From NCBI GenBank assembly GCA_963745035.1, contig CAVUVW010000014.1, positions 608,001-672,000 of the forward strand: a DNA stretch of 64,000 nucleotides, read 5' to 3'. Every line of letters begins with the position of its first letter. Within the stretch, counting starts at the first letter, position 1. Of the stretch, positions 51,025 through 62,000 are shown piece by piece. Both the position numbers and the translations under genes were made by a program. This stretch comes from an uncultured delta proteobacterium. Lineage in GTDB: Bacteria > Desulfobacterota > Binatia > UBA9968. Under the pieces are notes generated by a model, which worked only from the letters and a program-made list of their open reading frames with translations, ran no database searches and was not told the DNA's origin.

Positions 51025-52089
51025 ATGTTGATGCAAATCTCCGATGTAGGCGAGCAGCGCCTCTGGCTTTTTTCGCCGCGGTTGGACCTTTGGCTGGCCT
51101 CAGCCGGAGCATCCGTCGGCTTGGTGGTGGCACTGCTGGTGGTTCACTTTCTGGGTGACCGGGAAATCGATGCTGTCGATTTTGTGCTCTCGGAGTTCCA
51201 TTTAGGAGCGACCTACCACGCCGTCATACAACGGCGACTTTGGCGCCGCCTGCCGCTGGACGTGCTGCTTGTGCCTTTGGCGATATTGACGATCACCTAT
51301 GCTCTTTCGATCAGCGGCCATGCGGTCTTGCTCACGTCCATTGCCATGTATGCCGCCGTCTGGCATCGAGGGCGACAGAGTGTGGGCGTTGCGCGTTTCT
51401 ACCAGCGCGCGATGGGCGGACCGGAATCGCGCGCGCATGCAGTGTTGTTTCGCGGCGCCATCTATCTGCCCATGCTGGCGGCGGCACTCGCCTATACGCA
51501 TCTGGCGCCGACACTCTACGAAGGCGAACCCTATTTCGCACTCGATAGCGGTGCGCAATTTACCAGCTTAGCCGGTATAGCCGCGGTTCTTTGGGTGATC
51601 TCGTACCTTGTGTATGCCGTTCGGCGCAACCGGCACGAGATAGCGGGCAAGCTCGGCGAAACGGTGGGCGGTATTCATTCCGGCGAGTGGTGGGTGGTGC
51701 TGGCGCATGCGGTTGCCTTCGGCAGCGGTTACGTACTCGGCGCATCCAACGCGTCGTTTCTGTTGGTACTCGCCGTGCATCACGAAGTGCAATACCTGTA
51801 TTTCACTTATGCGGTGAGTCGTGTAGCCAGTTCCTCTGATCAAAGCCTGACGAACAGGAATCCGGCCGTGAACCTTCCTCCGGCCCACTCGACGAAACCG
51901 CAGCGCCGTCTGCAATCCGAATGGAGGCATGCGGCAGCGTTTTCTATTTGGCCCGTGCTGGGTTTTGCCGGAGCCGCCGCTGGTGGTTGGTTGAACCTCC
52001 CGTGGCTGACTCCACTGGGAGCGGGCGGTCTCTTTTGCCACTACTGGCTTGACGGTCGCATTTGGACGCGGCGCTCGCTGAATGCCTAA
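51025..52089 (+). CDS. Polytopic membrane protein with conserved-looking His motifs
   Basis: HLGATY, WHRGRQ, HHEVQYL and HYWLDGRIW segments among TM helices. Confidence 0.7.
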   Translation: MLMQISDVGEQRLWLFSPRLDLWLASAGASVGLVVALLVVHFLGDREIDAVDFVLSEFHLGATYHAVIQRRLWRRLPLDVLLVPLAILTITYALSISGHAVLLTSIAMYAAVWHRGRQSVGVARFYQRAMGGPESRAHAVLFRGAIYLPMLAAALAYTHLAPTLYEGEPYFALDSGAQFTSLAGIAAVLWVISYLVYAVRRNRHEIAGKLGETVGGIHSGEWWVVLAHAVAFGSGYVLGASNASFLLVLAVHHEVQYLYFTYAVSRVASSSDQSLTNRNPAVNLPPAHSTKPQRRLQSEWRHAAAFSIWPVLGFAGAAAGGWLNLPWLTPLGAGGLFCHYWLDGRIWTRRSLNA

Positions 52090-52182
52090 GGAGACTGGAT
52101 TATCAGGTGTTGGCATTCACAATCTGTAAAGAACATTTCGGCACAGAGTTGCGGGAGAGTCTCAATCGCTGAGGACAAGAGG

Positions 52183-53250
52183 ATGGGTGGAAAAATATTT
52201 TCAACGATAGCTCTGGTAACGCTCGGGTTGAGCGGCTGCGCCAGCATCGGACCGGGTACAGTCGCGCGCGATCGCTTCGATTACATTTCGGCGATTTCCG
52301 ATTCGTGGAAAGCGCAGATGCTTTTCAACCTAGTCAAGCTTCGCTACGGGGATGCGCCGGTGTTTCTCGATGTCGCCTCGGTGATCACCCAGACTGGTGT
52401 CCAAAGCACAGTAGGAGTTTCAGGTTCCTGGTGGCAAAATCCCTCTTTCTCATCCGCGGCTGTCAATGCCCTGGGAACTTATGGAGAAAAGCCCACGGTA
52501 ACTTACCTCCCGATGAGCGGCGAAAAGTTCGCTCGCAGTTTAATGACACCGATCCCACCTGCGGCGATTCTAAGTTTTCTCCAAGCCGGCTATCCGGCGG
52601 ATGTCGTGCTACGACTCACCGTGCATACCATCAATGGCATCCGTAGCCGCTACGGTTACGGTGCACGAATGCGCGAAGCTGATCCGGAGTTTTTTACATT
52701 GGTCGAGAAGCTGCGTAATCTTCAGCAGTCCGGACAAATCGGACTGCGGATCAAAAGGAGCGGCAGCGAGGCGGCGACGGCCATCGTATTTAGCAAGAAG
52801 TTGTCCCCGGCGATAGCGGCGGATCGCGACGACCTACGCCAACTCCTCGGTCTTAGTCCTGAGGCCGATGAATTCGAGGTAGTTTACGGCTCGGTGGCTG
52901 CGAACGACAGGGAGATCGCGGTGCTTACCCGTTCCGTTCTCGAAATCCTTACCGATCTCTCTGCGTATACCGATGTCCCAGCCGCCGACGTCGAACAAAA
53001 GCGCACGTTTCCGTCTCCTGCGCCGGAGATCGTCAAAGGTGCTCCCGTGCCACCGCTTATCCGAATTCTCAACTCCCCAAAAAAACCCGACGACGCGTTT
53101 GTTGCTGTGCCGTACGGTCAAACCTGGTACTGGATCGACGACAAGGACTTCGCCTCCAAGAGGCTTTTTTCTTTTATCATGTTCATCTTCACGCTCACCG
53201 AACCTGGAGACAAGCAAGGCGCGCCGATCATTACGGTTCCCGTCGGATAA
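52183..53250 (+). CDS. Hypothetical lipoprotein
   Basis: LSGC lipobox; NLVKLRYGDAPVFLDV and WYWIDDKD motifs. Confidence 0.8.
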   Translation: MGGKIFSTIALVTLGLSGCASIGPGTVARDRFDYISAISDSWKAQMLFNLVKLRYGDAPVFLDVASVITQTGVQSTVGVSGSWWQNPSFSSAAVNALGTYGEKPTVTYLPMSGEKFARSLMTPIPPAAILSFLQAGYPADVVLRLTVHTINGIRSRYGYGARMREADPEFFTLVEKLRNLQQSGQIGLRIKRSGSEAATAIVFSKKLSPAIAADRDDLRQLLGLSPEADEFEVVYGSVAANDREIAVLTRSVLEILTDLSAYTDVPAADVEQKRTFPSPAPEIVKGAPVPPLIRILNSPKKPDDAFVAVPYGQTWYWIDDKDFASKRLFSFIMFIFTLTEPGDKQGAPIITVPVG

Positions 53251-53357
53251 ACGAGAGAAGCGGCGCAAAGGCTCAGCAACATTGATCTGGTCGGTGGCGT
53301 CTGGCCTCGGCTAAACGGCAGTGTTGCGGCGAGTCAATAATTGAAGGGAGGCCAGAT

Positions 53358-54433
53358 ATGAGCGAACAAGAGAGCGACGTCACCCGCGTCGTTCTGGCGG
53401 TGCTGTTCATCGTCGCTTTGATCGGCTCTTCAGTGTGGATCTTGCGGCCGTTTATCGGCGCCATTGTCTGGGCGGCGACTATCGTGGTCGCCACTTGGCC
53501 CTTAATGATTGTTCTTGGCATGCCGACTGTGGAATAAGCGGTCTTTGCGGTCGCAGTGATGACGCTTTTGCTATTGTGTGTTCTGGTGCTGCCGATAACC
53601 TTTGCCGTGGTTACCGTCGTGTCTCATGTCGATGAAATCGTCGCCTGGGCTGGATCGCTGTCGTCATTGCAAGATTCCTGCACCCCCGGACTGGGTCGCC
53701 AACCTCCCTATGATCGGTGCCAAAGCCGTTGAGTTGTGGCAAAGCACCGCTGCGGCAGGAATTCAAGGATGCCACAATGAAAGCGGCGCCTTACGCGGGC
53801 GGCGTGATCCGCTGGCTTGCCACACAACTGGGTAGCGTAGGTGTGTTGCTTGCAGAACTCTTGTTGACGATTATTCTCGCGGCCGCCATGTACGCCGGCG
53901 GCGAGTCGGCGATGGCACGGCTGCTTCGATTCGGCCGGCGCTTGGCCGGTCGCGGCGGTGAGAACGCAGTACTTCTCGCCGGACAAACCATCCGCGGAGT
54001 CGCTCTGGGTGTCGTGGTAACGGCCATTACCCAAGCGCTTTTCGGCGGTCTCGGTCTCTTCATTGCTGGTGTTCCTTTCGCGAGTCTGCTCACTGCGGCG
54101 ATGTTCCTACTGGCGATCGCGCAGATCGGCGTGGTTCCGATTCTTGGCTCGGCGGTGGTGTGGGTCTACTGGACGGGCGAGTCGGTTTGGGGAACTTTCC
54201 TCCTGATTTGGACCCTCGTTGCCGCACCATGGACAACTTTCTGCGTCCCATTCTGATCCGCAAAGGTGCGGACTTGCCATTGCTCCTGATCTTTGCCGGC
54301 GTCATCGGGGGCTCTGATCGCCTTCGGACTGATCGGCATCTTCGTGGGTCCGGTTGTGCTCGCGGTAGCCGATAAGCTGCTGATGGCGTGGATCGACGGA
54401 GAAGCCAAAGAACAGATTCCCGAGTCCTCCTAG
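53358..54433 (+). CDS. AI-2E family transporter (YdiK-like), several frameshifts
   Basis: WILRPF..IVWAATIVVATWPL, IRGVALGVVVTA, DNFLRPILIRKGADLPLLLIFAGVIGG and FGLIGIFVGPVVLAV pieces in different frames. Confidence 0.8.
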
Positions 54434-54517
54434 CCCGCTTATTTCTGCATCGTAGTGCGCATGGCACCTTTTTGGTTCTCCGCCCTGGGGTTGAGCCATC
54501 GCGGTGCTGCTTCGGCG

Positions 54518-54537
54518 TATTGGACTAAAGTCCAATA
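54518..54537 (+). promoter_or_regulatory. Palindromic operator, copy 7
   Basis: TATTGGAC-TAAA-GTCCAATA; TG-T-TATCAA with the hexamer 22 nt downstream. Confidence 0.85.
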
Positions 54538-54641
54538 TCCGTTGGCCGGTCTGTTCTGTTATCAAAGTCGGCATTGTTCAGGAACTGGCGATTCGGGTCG
54601 GATGAAAGTGAAGTGTTTTGCGAGGAGGAGGAGAAGAAGCC

Positions 54642-55151
54642 ATGCATATAAATAAGGTCTGCCAGTTGGCTGCGGCCGGATGGCTGGTTGCTTTGACTGG
54701 GTTCATCCAGCCCGGTTGGGCTCAGAGTAAATCAGCCCCGGGCGATAAGCCGGCAAGCAATTTGGAAATCATCCACGAGAAGCTTAAGGCGGATAAAAAA
54801 TTGATCGTCGCCAAGTATATGGAATTAACCGAGTCGGAGGCGAAGAAGTTCTGGCCGGTCTTTGAGGAATATCAAAGCGATCTTCAGAAAACCAACGAGC
54901 GTCTGCGGCGTTTGCTCGAAAGCTACGCTGCGGATTACCGGAACAAATCTTTGACGGATGAGAAGGCGAAGAAGCTCCTCGACGAATGGATTGTGATCGA
55001 GCAGGAGGAGGGAAAACGCCGCAGCACGTTCGCGCCGAAGGTGCTGCAAACGTTACCGGCAAAAAAGGCTGCCCGCTACCTGCAGATTGAAAACGAGTAC
55101 CGGACTTTGTTGCGATACGATCTTGCGGAGACGGTGCCGCTGGTCCGTTAG
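54642..55151 (+). CDS. Secreted alpha-helical protein (paralog of 55923-56408)
   Basis: Signal peptide; MELTESEAKKFWP and RYLQIEN motifs. Confidence 0.8.
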   Translation: MHINKVCQLAAAGWLVALTGFIQPGWAQSKSAPGDKPASNLEIIHEKLKADKKLIVAKYMELTESEAKKFWPVFEEYQSDLQKTNERLRRLLESYAADYRNKSLTDEKAKKLLDEWIVIEQEEGKRRSTFAPKVLQTLPAKKAARYLQIENEYRTLLRYDLAETVPLVR

Positions 55152-55227
55152 AAACGAAATAAAATTGACTCGAAATCGTTGCAACCGGTGATTCCACTGC
55201 CGATCCGCAGTTTCAAGGGAGAAAAAG

Positions 55228-55821
55228 ATGAGATTCGCTTATTGTAAAGCAAAGAGAATGCGCGCTGTGGCGGCTCTCCGGTGCGGTATCTTAATAGCGG
55301 CCGTCGCTCTGGGCATCAGTATTACGAGTCCGGTTCTGTCCTGGGCCGGGAGCGCTGCACAGATCGACCGCGACGCCACGCAGTCGTTAAACGCGCTGTA
55401 CAAAAACAATCCCGGTGCTAAAGCGCTGGCTGACAAGTCCGTGGCTGTGTTGGTCTTTCCCAGCATCGTCAAAGGGGGGTTTATCATTGCCGGCCAATTC
55501 GGTGACGGAGCATTGCGTAAAAACGGCAAGACCGTGGGATATTATCGATCGCTGGCTGGTTCGTATGGATTTCAGGCCGGAGCGCAAGCATTCGGCTATG
55601 TTCTATTCTTCATGGATGACGCCTCGGTTGCGTATCTCGATAAGAGCGATGGTTGGGAGCTCGGCACCGGACCCAGTCTGGTCGTGCTGGATGAGGGCTT
55701 TGGCAGAAACTTTACGACAACTACGCTGCAGAAGGGGGTTTACGCGTTCATCTTCGATCAGAAGGGATTGATGGGCGGTATTGGCATTCAAGGATCGAAG
55801 ATTACCAAAATCAATCCGTAG
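55228..55821 (+). CDS. Ysc84/SYLF lipid-binding domain protein
   Basis: AVLVFPSIVKGGFIIAGQFGDG, SYGFQAGAQ, KGLMGGIGIQGSKITKI. Confidence 0.85.
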   Translation: MRFAYCKAKRMRAVAALRCGILIAAVALGISITSPVLSWAGSAAQIDRDATQSLNALYKNNPGAKALADKSVAVLVFPSIVKGGFIIAGQFGDGALRKNGKTVGYYRSLAGSYGFQAGAQAFGYVLFFMDDASVAYLDKSDGWELGTGPSLVVLDEGFGRNFTTTTLQKGVYAFIFDQKGLMGGIGIQGSKITKINP

Positions 55822-55922
55822 TGGAATCAACGGTGAGTGTGAATGTCAGTCGCGAGTGCTCGACTCCAGAGATAGGGTTGGTGTTAGTGTAACACCTGCA
55901 CTGAAACAAAAAGGAGAAATTG

Positions 55923-56408
55923 ATGAGTAGAGTTTATGCCACAGGAATCGGCGCTGCGTTGGCCATAATGTTTTGCTTTGCACCACTCGGCACGGCGCAG
56001 GACAAGCCCGCCGACAATATGCAAATACTGCGCGATAAAATCAGGGCCGACAAAAAGTTGGTCGTGGCGACAAATATGGAACTGACCGAGTCGGAGGCGA
56101 AAAACTTTTGGCCGATCTATGAGCAGTACCAAAAAGATCTGCAAAAGATCAATCAACGGTTGGTCAATGTGCTGGAGAGCTACGCCGACGATTTTAAGAA
56201 GAAATCGCTTACCGACGATAAGGCGAAAAAATTGATCGATGAAGCGTTGGCCATTGACCAGCGAGAGGCCGCCCTGAAGGGCACCTATGCTCCGAAACTC
56301 AGCAAGGCGCTGCCGACGATTAAAGTCGTCCGTTACCTGCAGATCGAGAATAAGATCAGGGCGGTCGTCCGATATGAAATCGCCTCGGGTGTACCGCTGG
56401 TGCGATAG
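55923..56408 (+). CDS. Secreted alpha-helical protein (paralog of 54642-55151)
   Basis: AAGGAG RBS; signal peptide; MELTESEAKNFWP and RYLQIEN motifs. Confidence 0.8.
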   Translation: MSRVYATGIGAALAIMFCFAPLGTAQDKPADNMQILRDKIRADKKLVVATNMELTESEAKNFWPIYEQYQKDLQKINQRLVNVLESYADDFKKKSLTDDKAKKLIDEALAIDQREAALKGTYAPKLSKALPTIKVVRYLQIENKIRAVVRYEIASGVPLVR

Positions 56409-56615
56409 AGAGTGGCTGAGCGTCGCGGAGCGAGCGTCGGCTGATGAAGTGCAGAGAGAACCAAAGGGTTACTTACAAAATTTTTGTCGGAACCCTCACC
56501 CGACACCGACACGCGAAAACTGAAACCTCATCCCCCGTGCCTGATAGACACACGATGGACACGAACTGCGTGTGTCGGATCGCTGCACGGGCGTTCAGTT
56601 AGATAGGATACTGTT

Positions 56616-57479
56616 GTGAATTCAAAAAAGATCGCTTCTGGTTTACTGTTCGCGGTTCTGTCGCTTACTCAGTCGGTGATGGCCCAGGAACTGGACGGGA
56701 CGCTCAAGAAGATTAAGACCTCGGGCGAGTTGACGCTGGGTTATCTTACTTCGGCGCCGCCATTTTCATTTCCGGGGCCGGACAAACGGCCTGTCGGTTA
56801 CTCTATCGATCTCTGCACCCATATCGCCAGCAGCATTCAGAAACAGCTTAGCGTCAATCTCAAACTGAACTGGGTTCCAGTAACGACGGACAACCGGCTC
56901 GAGATGGTCGCATCCGGTAAAGTCGATATCGAATGCGGCACCAGCACGCAGACTCTTTTGCGCCAAGAGCGGGTCGATTTCAGCCTGATGACTTTCGTCG
57001 ACGGCGGCGGGTTGTTGACCAAAAAAGATCTTAGTCTACGCGCCGTCGCCGATCTCACGGATAAACGTATCGCTGTCATCCCGGGGACAACCACCGAAAC
57101 TGCATTGAGCAAATTTCTCAAAGAAGAATTTGTCAGCGTGCAAGAAGTCAAAGTCAAAAACCACGTTGAGGGACTTGCGGCGATCGAGAAGGGAGCAGCG
57201 GATGCTTTTGCTTCCGACCGCGGTATCCTCATCGGCCTCGTGGTAACGTCCAAAGACCCCAGTCTGTTCGCCCTGCCGCCTATTCTGTTCTCTTACGAGC
57301 CGTATGGTTTCATGGTGCGGCGCAATGACGCGGCTTTTCGGCTTGCCATCAATCGGGCGCTGGCCGGGCTGTACCGTTCCGGCGGTATCGTGACCGTGTA
57401 CGATCGCTGGTTCGGCGCCTTCGGCAAACCGAGTCAAGCTATCCAAGCCATGTACCTCCTCCATGGCTTGCCCGAATAG
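56616..57479 (+). CDS. Glu/Asp-type amino-acid ABC substrate-binding protein (GltI-like); no permease genes adjacent
   Basis: GTLKKIK, PPFSF, GYSIDLC, DIECGTS, RQERVDFS, GTTTE, EPYG. Confidence 0.88.
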   Translation: MNSKKIASGLLFAVLSLTQSVMAQELDGTLKKIKTSGELTLGYLTSAPPFSFPGPDKRPVGYSIDLCTHIASSIQKQLSVNLKLNWVPVTTDNRLEMVASGKVDIECGTSTQTLLRQERVDFSLMTFVDGGGLLTKKDLSLRAVADLTDKRIAVIPGTTTETALSKFLKEEFVSVQEVKVKNHVEGLAAIEKGAADAFASDRGILIGLVVTSKDPSLFALPPILFSYEPYGFMVRRNDAAFRLAINRALAGLYRSGGIVTVYDRWFGAFGKPSQAIQAMYLLHGLPE

Positions 57480-57531
57480 CTGAACCTGTTCGACCGAAAT
57501 CGCGCGGTCGCATGCTTTCGGACGGAAAACA

Positions 57532-57852
57532 ATGTCGCGATCGCCTCAAGAAACTGGTTCATCTGACGGCAATCGACGTTCGATCGCTCTGATTGCATCT
57601 CTGTCGGCGTTCGCGAGTTTCTGGGTGCTCGCAGGGCTTGCTGCTGCACACTCGGGATGGGTCGACGGCTACGGCTGTCATCGCGCCCCGGACAAGGTGA
57701 GCTATCACTGCCATGAAGGTGAGTTCGTGGGTCGAACCTTCAAATCGAAGGAGGATTTCCTGCGCCGCCTGCGTCAAGGTAAGTCCGAGCAACTCACTCC
57801 GCGGGGCAACCCCGCGCAGCCAGCTCCGCCGCAAAAAAGGATCGAGGACTAG
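57532..57852 (+). CDS. Small secreted YHYH-like protein
   Basis: AHSGWVDGYGCH...YHCH after a signal-like helix. Confidence 0.7.
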   Translation: MSRSPQETGSSDGNRRSIALIASLSAFASFWVLAGLAAAHSGWVDGYGCHRAPDKVSYHCHEGEFVGRTFKSKEDFLRRLRQGKSEQLTPRGNPAQPAPPQKRIED

Positions 57853-57870
57853 GCCCGCGCGGGTAAACGG

Positions 57871-60800
57871 ATGAAATTGCTGCGCCGGTCGATCATCCTT
57901 TCTATCACCATCGGGTTTCTGTTTGCGGTCGGAGCGATTCTCGTTCCGCGCATCATCGACAGCCAGCTGATTCGCGATGCGATCAGGGCCGAATTATCCA
58001 AGCACTTCGACAACCACCTGGTGATCGGCCGAATCGCGGTGGCATGGTTCCCCCATCCGAGAGCGGTAGTCGAGGCTGCGGAACTCTCCTTCGGCGCAAA
58101 CCAGCAAGCCTCGATCCGTTCCCTCGAACTCTATCCGTCGTTTCTTGCTCTCCTCTCGGGTCGGCTGACGCCGGCGCGGGTGGTCTTGATCGAGCCTAAG
58201 CTCAAAATTCACTTACGGGTTGAGCCGGATCAATCGTTCGATCTCGACAGCATCGAGAAGAACATCGCTGCCGCACTCGCAGGACTCACCCGAGACCTCC
58301 GAACATCTCATATCGCCGTCATCGGCGGTTCGGCGGAGCTTGCCATCGACGCGAGACCTCCGGTCATTTTCGAAGATGTCTCGGCTCGAGCTGCTGCTTC
58401 ACCGGAAACATTAGAGTTCGAAATGAGCGCTCGCTCCAGCCTCTGGCAAGCCTTGGCCGTGAAGGGAAAGGTTTCGGCGGAAAGGCTGGCATTCCAACTC
58501 GACATCGCCGTCCAAAGACTGAAGATCAATGAGTCCCTGGCATTTTTCCCTTCCTCCGACTTCGGGTCCACGCCTGGCGGAAACGCGAGCTTTGAATTGG
58601 AGGTTTCCGGCGTGGGATTGCGCCGCGTGAAAGCTGCGCTTGGAAGTATCCCCGAGCCGTTGGTCATCGCGCGGCGCGGCCGTGGCGGTTTCTTTGAAAT
58701 CCAGCAATTAAAAGGCGCGATATCCTACGAAGAAGGCGGGTATGAACTCGACGTAGAGCAACTCGATCTCGCTTCACCGCGGCTCAGCGCATCAGGGAAG
58801 ATCCAATCTAAAGGTGACCGGATATCCGCAAGTATCAAAGCCCATGATCTGGATATCGCCGAGGTTCACCATCTCATACTTGGAATCGCCGATGGGAACG
58901 CGAATGTGGAGAATAGTCTCCGCTATGTTTCCAAGGGAACGATTGCTGATCTCTACATCCAAAGCGCTGGACGTTCGCTCGCCGAGTTAGCTTCCATCAA
59001 GAATATGGTTCTCTCTGGCAAGCTGCGAAATTGCAGTGTGGTGGTCCCTGGCTATGATCTGGAGCTGGAAAACGTCACTGCGAGCGTGCGCGTGGCCGAA
59101 AATCAGTTAAAGGCGGACAGCATAAGCGTAAGTCTCGGCGCCGTCCGCGGCCGCTCCGGCGCGCTCCGGCTCGGTCTGGAAGGGCGGCGAGCGCCCTTTC
59201 ATTTCGATGTCGAGGTTCAAGCCGGTGCACCCGAGCTGCTCGGCGTTTTGCACAAAGCCGCGCGCAGTGATGCCTTTCGAGCCGAGGTACGGAAGCTGCG
59301 TAACGTCGATGGCGTGCTCTCCGGCAGGTTGATCCTCGGCGAGACTCTCGATGCAATTTCCGTTGAGCTCTTGATCTCGGATGCCGACGTCCGTGCCGAA
59401 TACGAGCAGGTTCTGTTTCCCATCGCGATTCGAGATGGCCGGTTGAATTACGGGGGGAACGTTCTTCGCATCGAAGATCTCAGGGGCTCGGTGGGAAATT
59501 CCCGCTTCGATCTCGTTGGCATCACGTTCCATCATGACGGAAATCGCCGTCTCGATATCCAATCCAAGCGGACCTCATTGGATTTGCAGGAAGCGGAGGC
59601 TTTCGTTCGAATTGTTCCAGCTTTGCGGCGACAGTTCCAAAAGCTCAAGTCGGTGCGGGGGAGGGCCGAGTTGGCGGCTTTCACACTGACAGGGCCCTAT
59701 GATGATCCTTCGCAGTGGAGCTTTGCGAGCACGGGCAGTTTGGACCGAGTCGAGCTCCAGCACGACGATCTTCCTGCGCCCCTGACTGTGATCAGCGCGG
59801 GGTTCGACGCAAACCGGCAGCGGGTTCTGTTCTCCAATACGGACGCCACGATGTCGGACGCGAAATTATCTGCCGGCGGAAAAGTCGAATACCCGGCAGA
59901 ACAGCCGGTTCATGCCGAGATCAGCGGGCACGCAACCATTGGCGAACACGTGACCGAACAGCTCAGCCGCTCTGTCCAACTGCCGCAACAGCTACGGTTA
60001 CGCGCGCCGCTGGAGGTCGTTGCCGAGCGTCTCACATGGACCGCGGGCGGTGACACTTCATTCCTCGGCCAGGCTGCGTTGCCGGGCGGAGCGCTCCTGA
60101 AGGTCGATGCCGTGAAGCGGTCGCGGGAGCTCGTTTTGAACGATGTCACACTGGATGATCTCGAAAGACGCGCTCGGGTGACCCTTCACCTTGCCGATGA
60201 TCACTTTCTTTTCTCTTTCAACGGCGAGTTGACACAGGACACTATCGACAGCGTATTTGCCTCTCCGCCGATGCAAGCGGGTTTACTGCGCGGAGACTTC
60301 CAGGTCAGCGCTGTATGGGAAGATCCGATGACGATGTCCGCAACCGGCCAAGTGAGCGGCAGTAATCTATTCGTCCCGTTCGGAGACGAAAAAGCTCTGG
60401 TCGAAGAATTCAGCGTGGCGGCAAGTGGAGACCGCCTGCAGGTCCGATCGGCAGATTTGCTCTGGCGTGACAGTCGATTGCGGATGTCCGGCCAAGTGGG
60501 CATCGGCAAGGAGGTATTGCGCTTAGATTTAGATGCTACGGCGGACCGGCTCCGCCTGGAAGAGTTAAATCGGCTGTTCGACGACGCGAGGGACAAAAGC
60601 GTCCGCAGCGTTGCGCTGCCTCGTGTGGAAGGTAGAATCGGACTCAAGCTAGACAGTCTCGTGGCAGAAAGTTTCACCGTCGATGCCCTACAAATCGACA
60701 CTGCCTTCGCGCGGTCCTCCGTTAGAGCCGAAATCAAACGGGGCGTAGTCTGCGGCATCAACACCACCGGCCGTTTGGACCTCGGCGAGGGCGACATCGA

Positions 60801-61467
60801 TTTCGATCTCCGATTTATGGTCAAAGAGGGTGATCTTGAACCGACCACTGTCTGCCTGACCACTCAGCAAAGCGATGTAAAGGGTACTTATTCTTTAAGC
60901 GCACGGCTTTCCGGAAAGGGCAGCCGGCAGAACTTGCGATCGGCCCTCAAGGGCAATTTCCAACTGACGGCCCGAAAGGGCGAGTTCATCCGGTCCGCCG
61001 GTCTCGATGCGACGTTTGACTATTTGAATGACTCGGGCGACTTTGCGGTGGCGTTCCCGGATCTCAACAAGGAAGCCTTTGCTTATGAACTGCTCGCCGC
61101 AAAGGGAAGCATCGACGGCCAACGCTTGCAAACTGACGAAATTCTCATCCACGCCGCTCCGCTTATGATTGCCGGCCAGGGGACCTTTGATCTGCAGGAG
61201 AAACAGATGGATGCGAAGGGTCTGGTGTCGGTTGTATCGCCCGCCCGCCTGCTTATCAGACGCATTCCGGTGATCGGCGCGATCCTAGGCGGCTCACTCG
61301 TGGGCATCCCGATCCGGGTCAAAGGATCCTTTGATCGACCCGATATCAGTTATCTCTCGCCGGCAGACGTGGGCGCCGAGCTGGTGAATATTCCCTTGAG
61401 ACTTCTCGGAATGCCAATCGATGCGATCAAGGTATTCATCCCGAGCGGCACAAACGGCGACCCATAG
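57871..61467 (+). CDS. AsmA/YhdP-like large envelope protein
   Basis: 1198 aa; N-terminal TM anchor; beta-strand-rich; C-terminal IPVIGAILGG...VKGSFDRPDI AsmA_2-type end. Confidence 0.8.
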   Translation: MKLLRRSIILSITIGFLFAVGAILVPRIIDSQLIRDAIRAELSKHFDNHLVIGRIAVAWFPHPRAVVEAAELSFGANQQASIRSLELYPSFLALLSGRLTPARVVLIEPKLKIHLRVEPDQSFDLDSIEKNIAAALAGLTRDLRTSHIAVIGGSAELAIDARPPVIFEDVSARAAASPETLEFEMSARSSLWQALAVKGKVSAERLAFQLDIAVQRLKINESLAFFPSSDFGSTPGGNASFELEVSGVGLRRVKAALGSIPEPLVIARRGRGGFFEIQQLKGAISYEEGGYELDVEQLDLASPRLSASGKIQSKGDRISASIKAHDLDIAEVHHLILGIADGNANVENSLRYVSKGTIADLYIQSAGRSLAELASIKNMVLSGKLRNCSVVVPGYDLELENVTASVRVAENQLKADSISVSLGAVRGRSGALRLGLEGRRAPFHFDVEVQAGAPELLGVLHKAARSDAFRAEVRKLRNVDGVLSGRLILGETLDAISVELLISDADVRAEYEQVLFPIAIRDGRLNYGGNVLRIEDLRGSVGNSRFDLVGITFHHDGNRRLDIQSKRTSLDLQEAEAFVRIVPALRRQFQKLKSVRGRAELAAFTLTGPYDDPSQWSFASTGSLDRVELQHDDLPAPLTVISAGFDANRQRVLFSNTDATMSDAKLSAGGKVEYPAEQPVHAEISGHATIGEHVTEQLSRSVQLPQQLRLRAPLEVVAERLTWTAGGDTSFLGQAALPGGALLKVDAVKRSRELVLNDVTLDDLERRARVTLHLADDHFLFSFNGELTQDTIDSVFASPPMQAGLLRGDFQVSAVWEDPMTMSATGQVSGSNLFVPFGDEKALVEEFSVAASGDRLQVRSADLLWRDSRLRMSGQVGIGKEVLRLDLDATADRLRLEELNRLFDDARDKSVRSVALPRVEGRIGLKLDSLVAESFTVDALQIDTAFARSSVRAEIKRGVVCGINTTGRLDLGEGDIDFDLRFMVKEGDLEPTTVCLTTQQSDVKGTYSLSARLSGKGSRQNLRSALKGNFQLTARKGEFIRSAGLDATFDYLNDSGDFAVAFPDLNKEAFAYELLAAKGSIDGQRLQTDEILIHAAPLMIAGQGTFDLQEKQMDAKGLVSVVSPARLLIRRIPVIGAILGGSLVGIPIRVKGSFDRPDISYLSPADVGAELVNIPLRLLGMPIDAIKVFIPSGTNGDP

Positions 61468-61586
61468 ATTCTTCGACGGTCACGTTCCTAGGTGCAACAT
61501 CGAAAGTTAACGCACCGGAGCCACGCAAAGGCTATGTTGCACATTTTCAAAATAAGTGCCGAGCAGATTAGCGGAGGGAGGCGCTC

Positions 61587-61988
61587 ATGGACCGACACTT
61601 TACTCTAAAAATCATGGCGGTGTTGGCGGTCGCCCAAGGAATCGCCGGGATCCTGCGGGCATTTAATTGGATGCAAATCGGCGTCAATCTTTTTGGCCAA
61701 GGAATTTTGCTCCTGCCGCTCGTCGGTGCGGTGGCAGTCTTGCGCGGCCTTTTTATCTCTACCGTGGCGCTGTTTTACCTATTGTTTGCGGTCGGCGCGC
61801 TGCTCGGAAAACGCTGGTCTCGATGGCTCGGCTTAACTGCGGCAATCATCAACCTGCTGCTTGTCGCGAGCGTGCTCGTGCAGGGGGCAAATCTTGGAGA
61901 AGCGCTCGCTTGGTCGGTCATACCGGCGGTTCTCGTGATCTACCTGTTTTCAAAAGCCGGGGGGAAAGCCATCGACGCCGCATCATAG
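61587..61988 (+). CDS. Small four-TM membrane protein
   Basis: GGAGG RBS; hydrophobic 133-aa ORF. Confidence 0.7.
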   Translation: MDRHFTLKIMAVLAVAQGIAGILRAFNWMQIGVNLFGQGILLLPLVGAVAVLRGLFISTVALFYLLFAVGALLGKRWSRWLGLTAAIINLLLVASVLVQGANLGEALAWSVIPAVLVIYLFSKAGGKAIDAAS

Positions 61989-62000
61989 GGTGCCGGCTCG

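Noticed and set aside
54462-54476. Sigma-54 promoter (TGGCAC...), also considered at about 22385 and 38213
   Set aside because: No TTGC at the required spacing in any of them.
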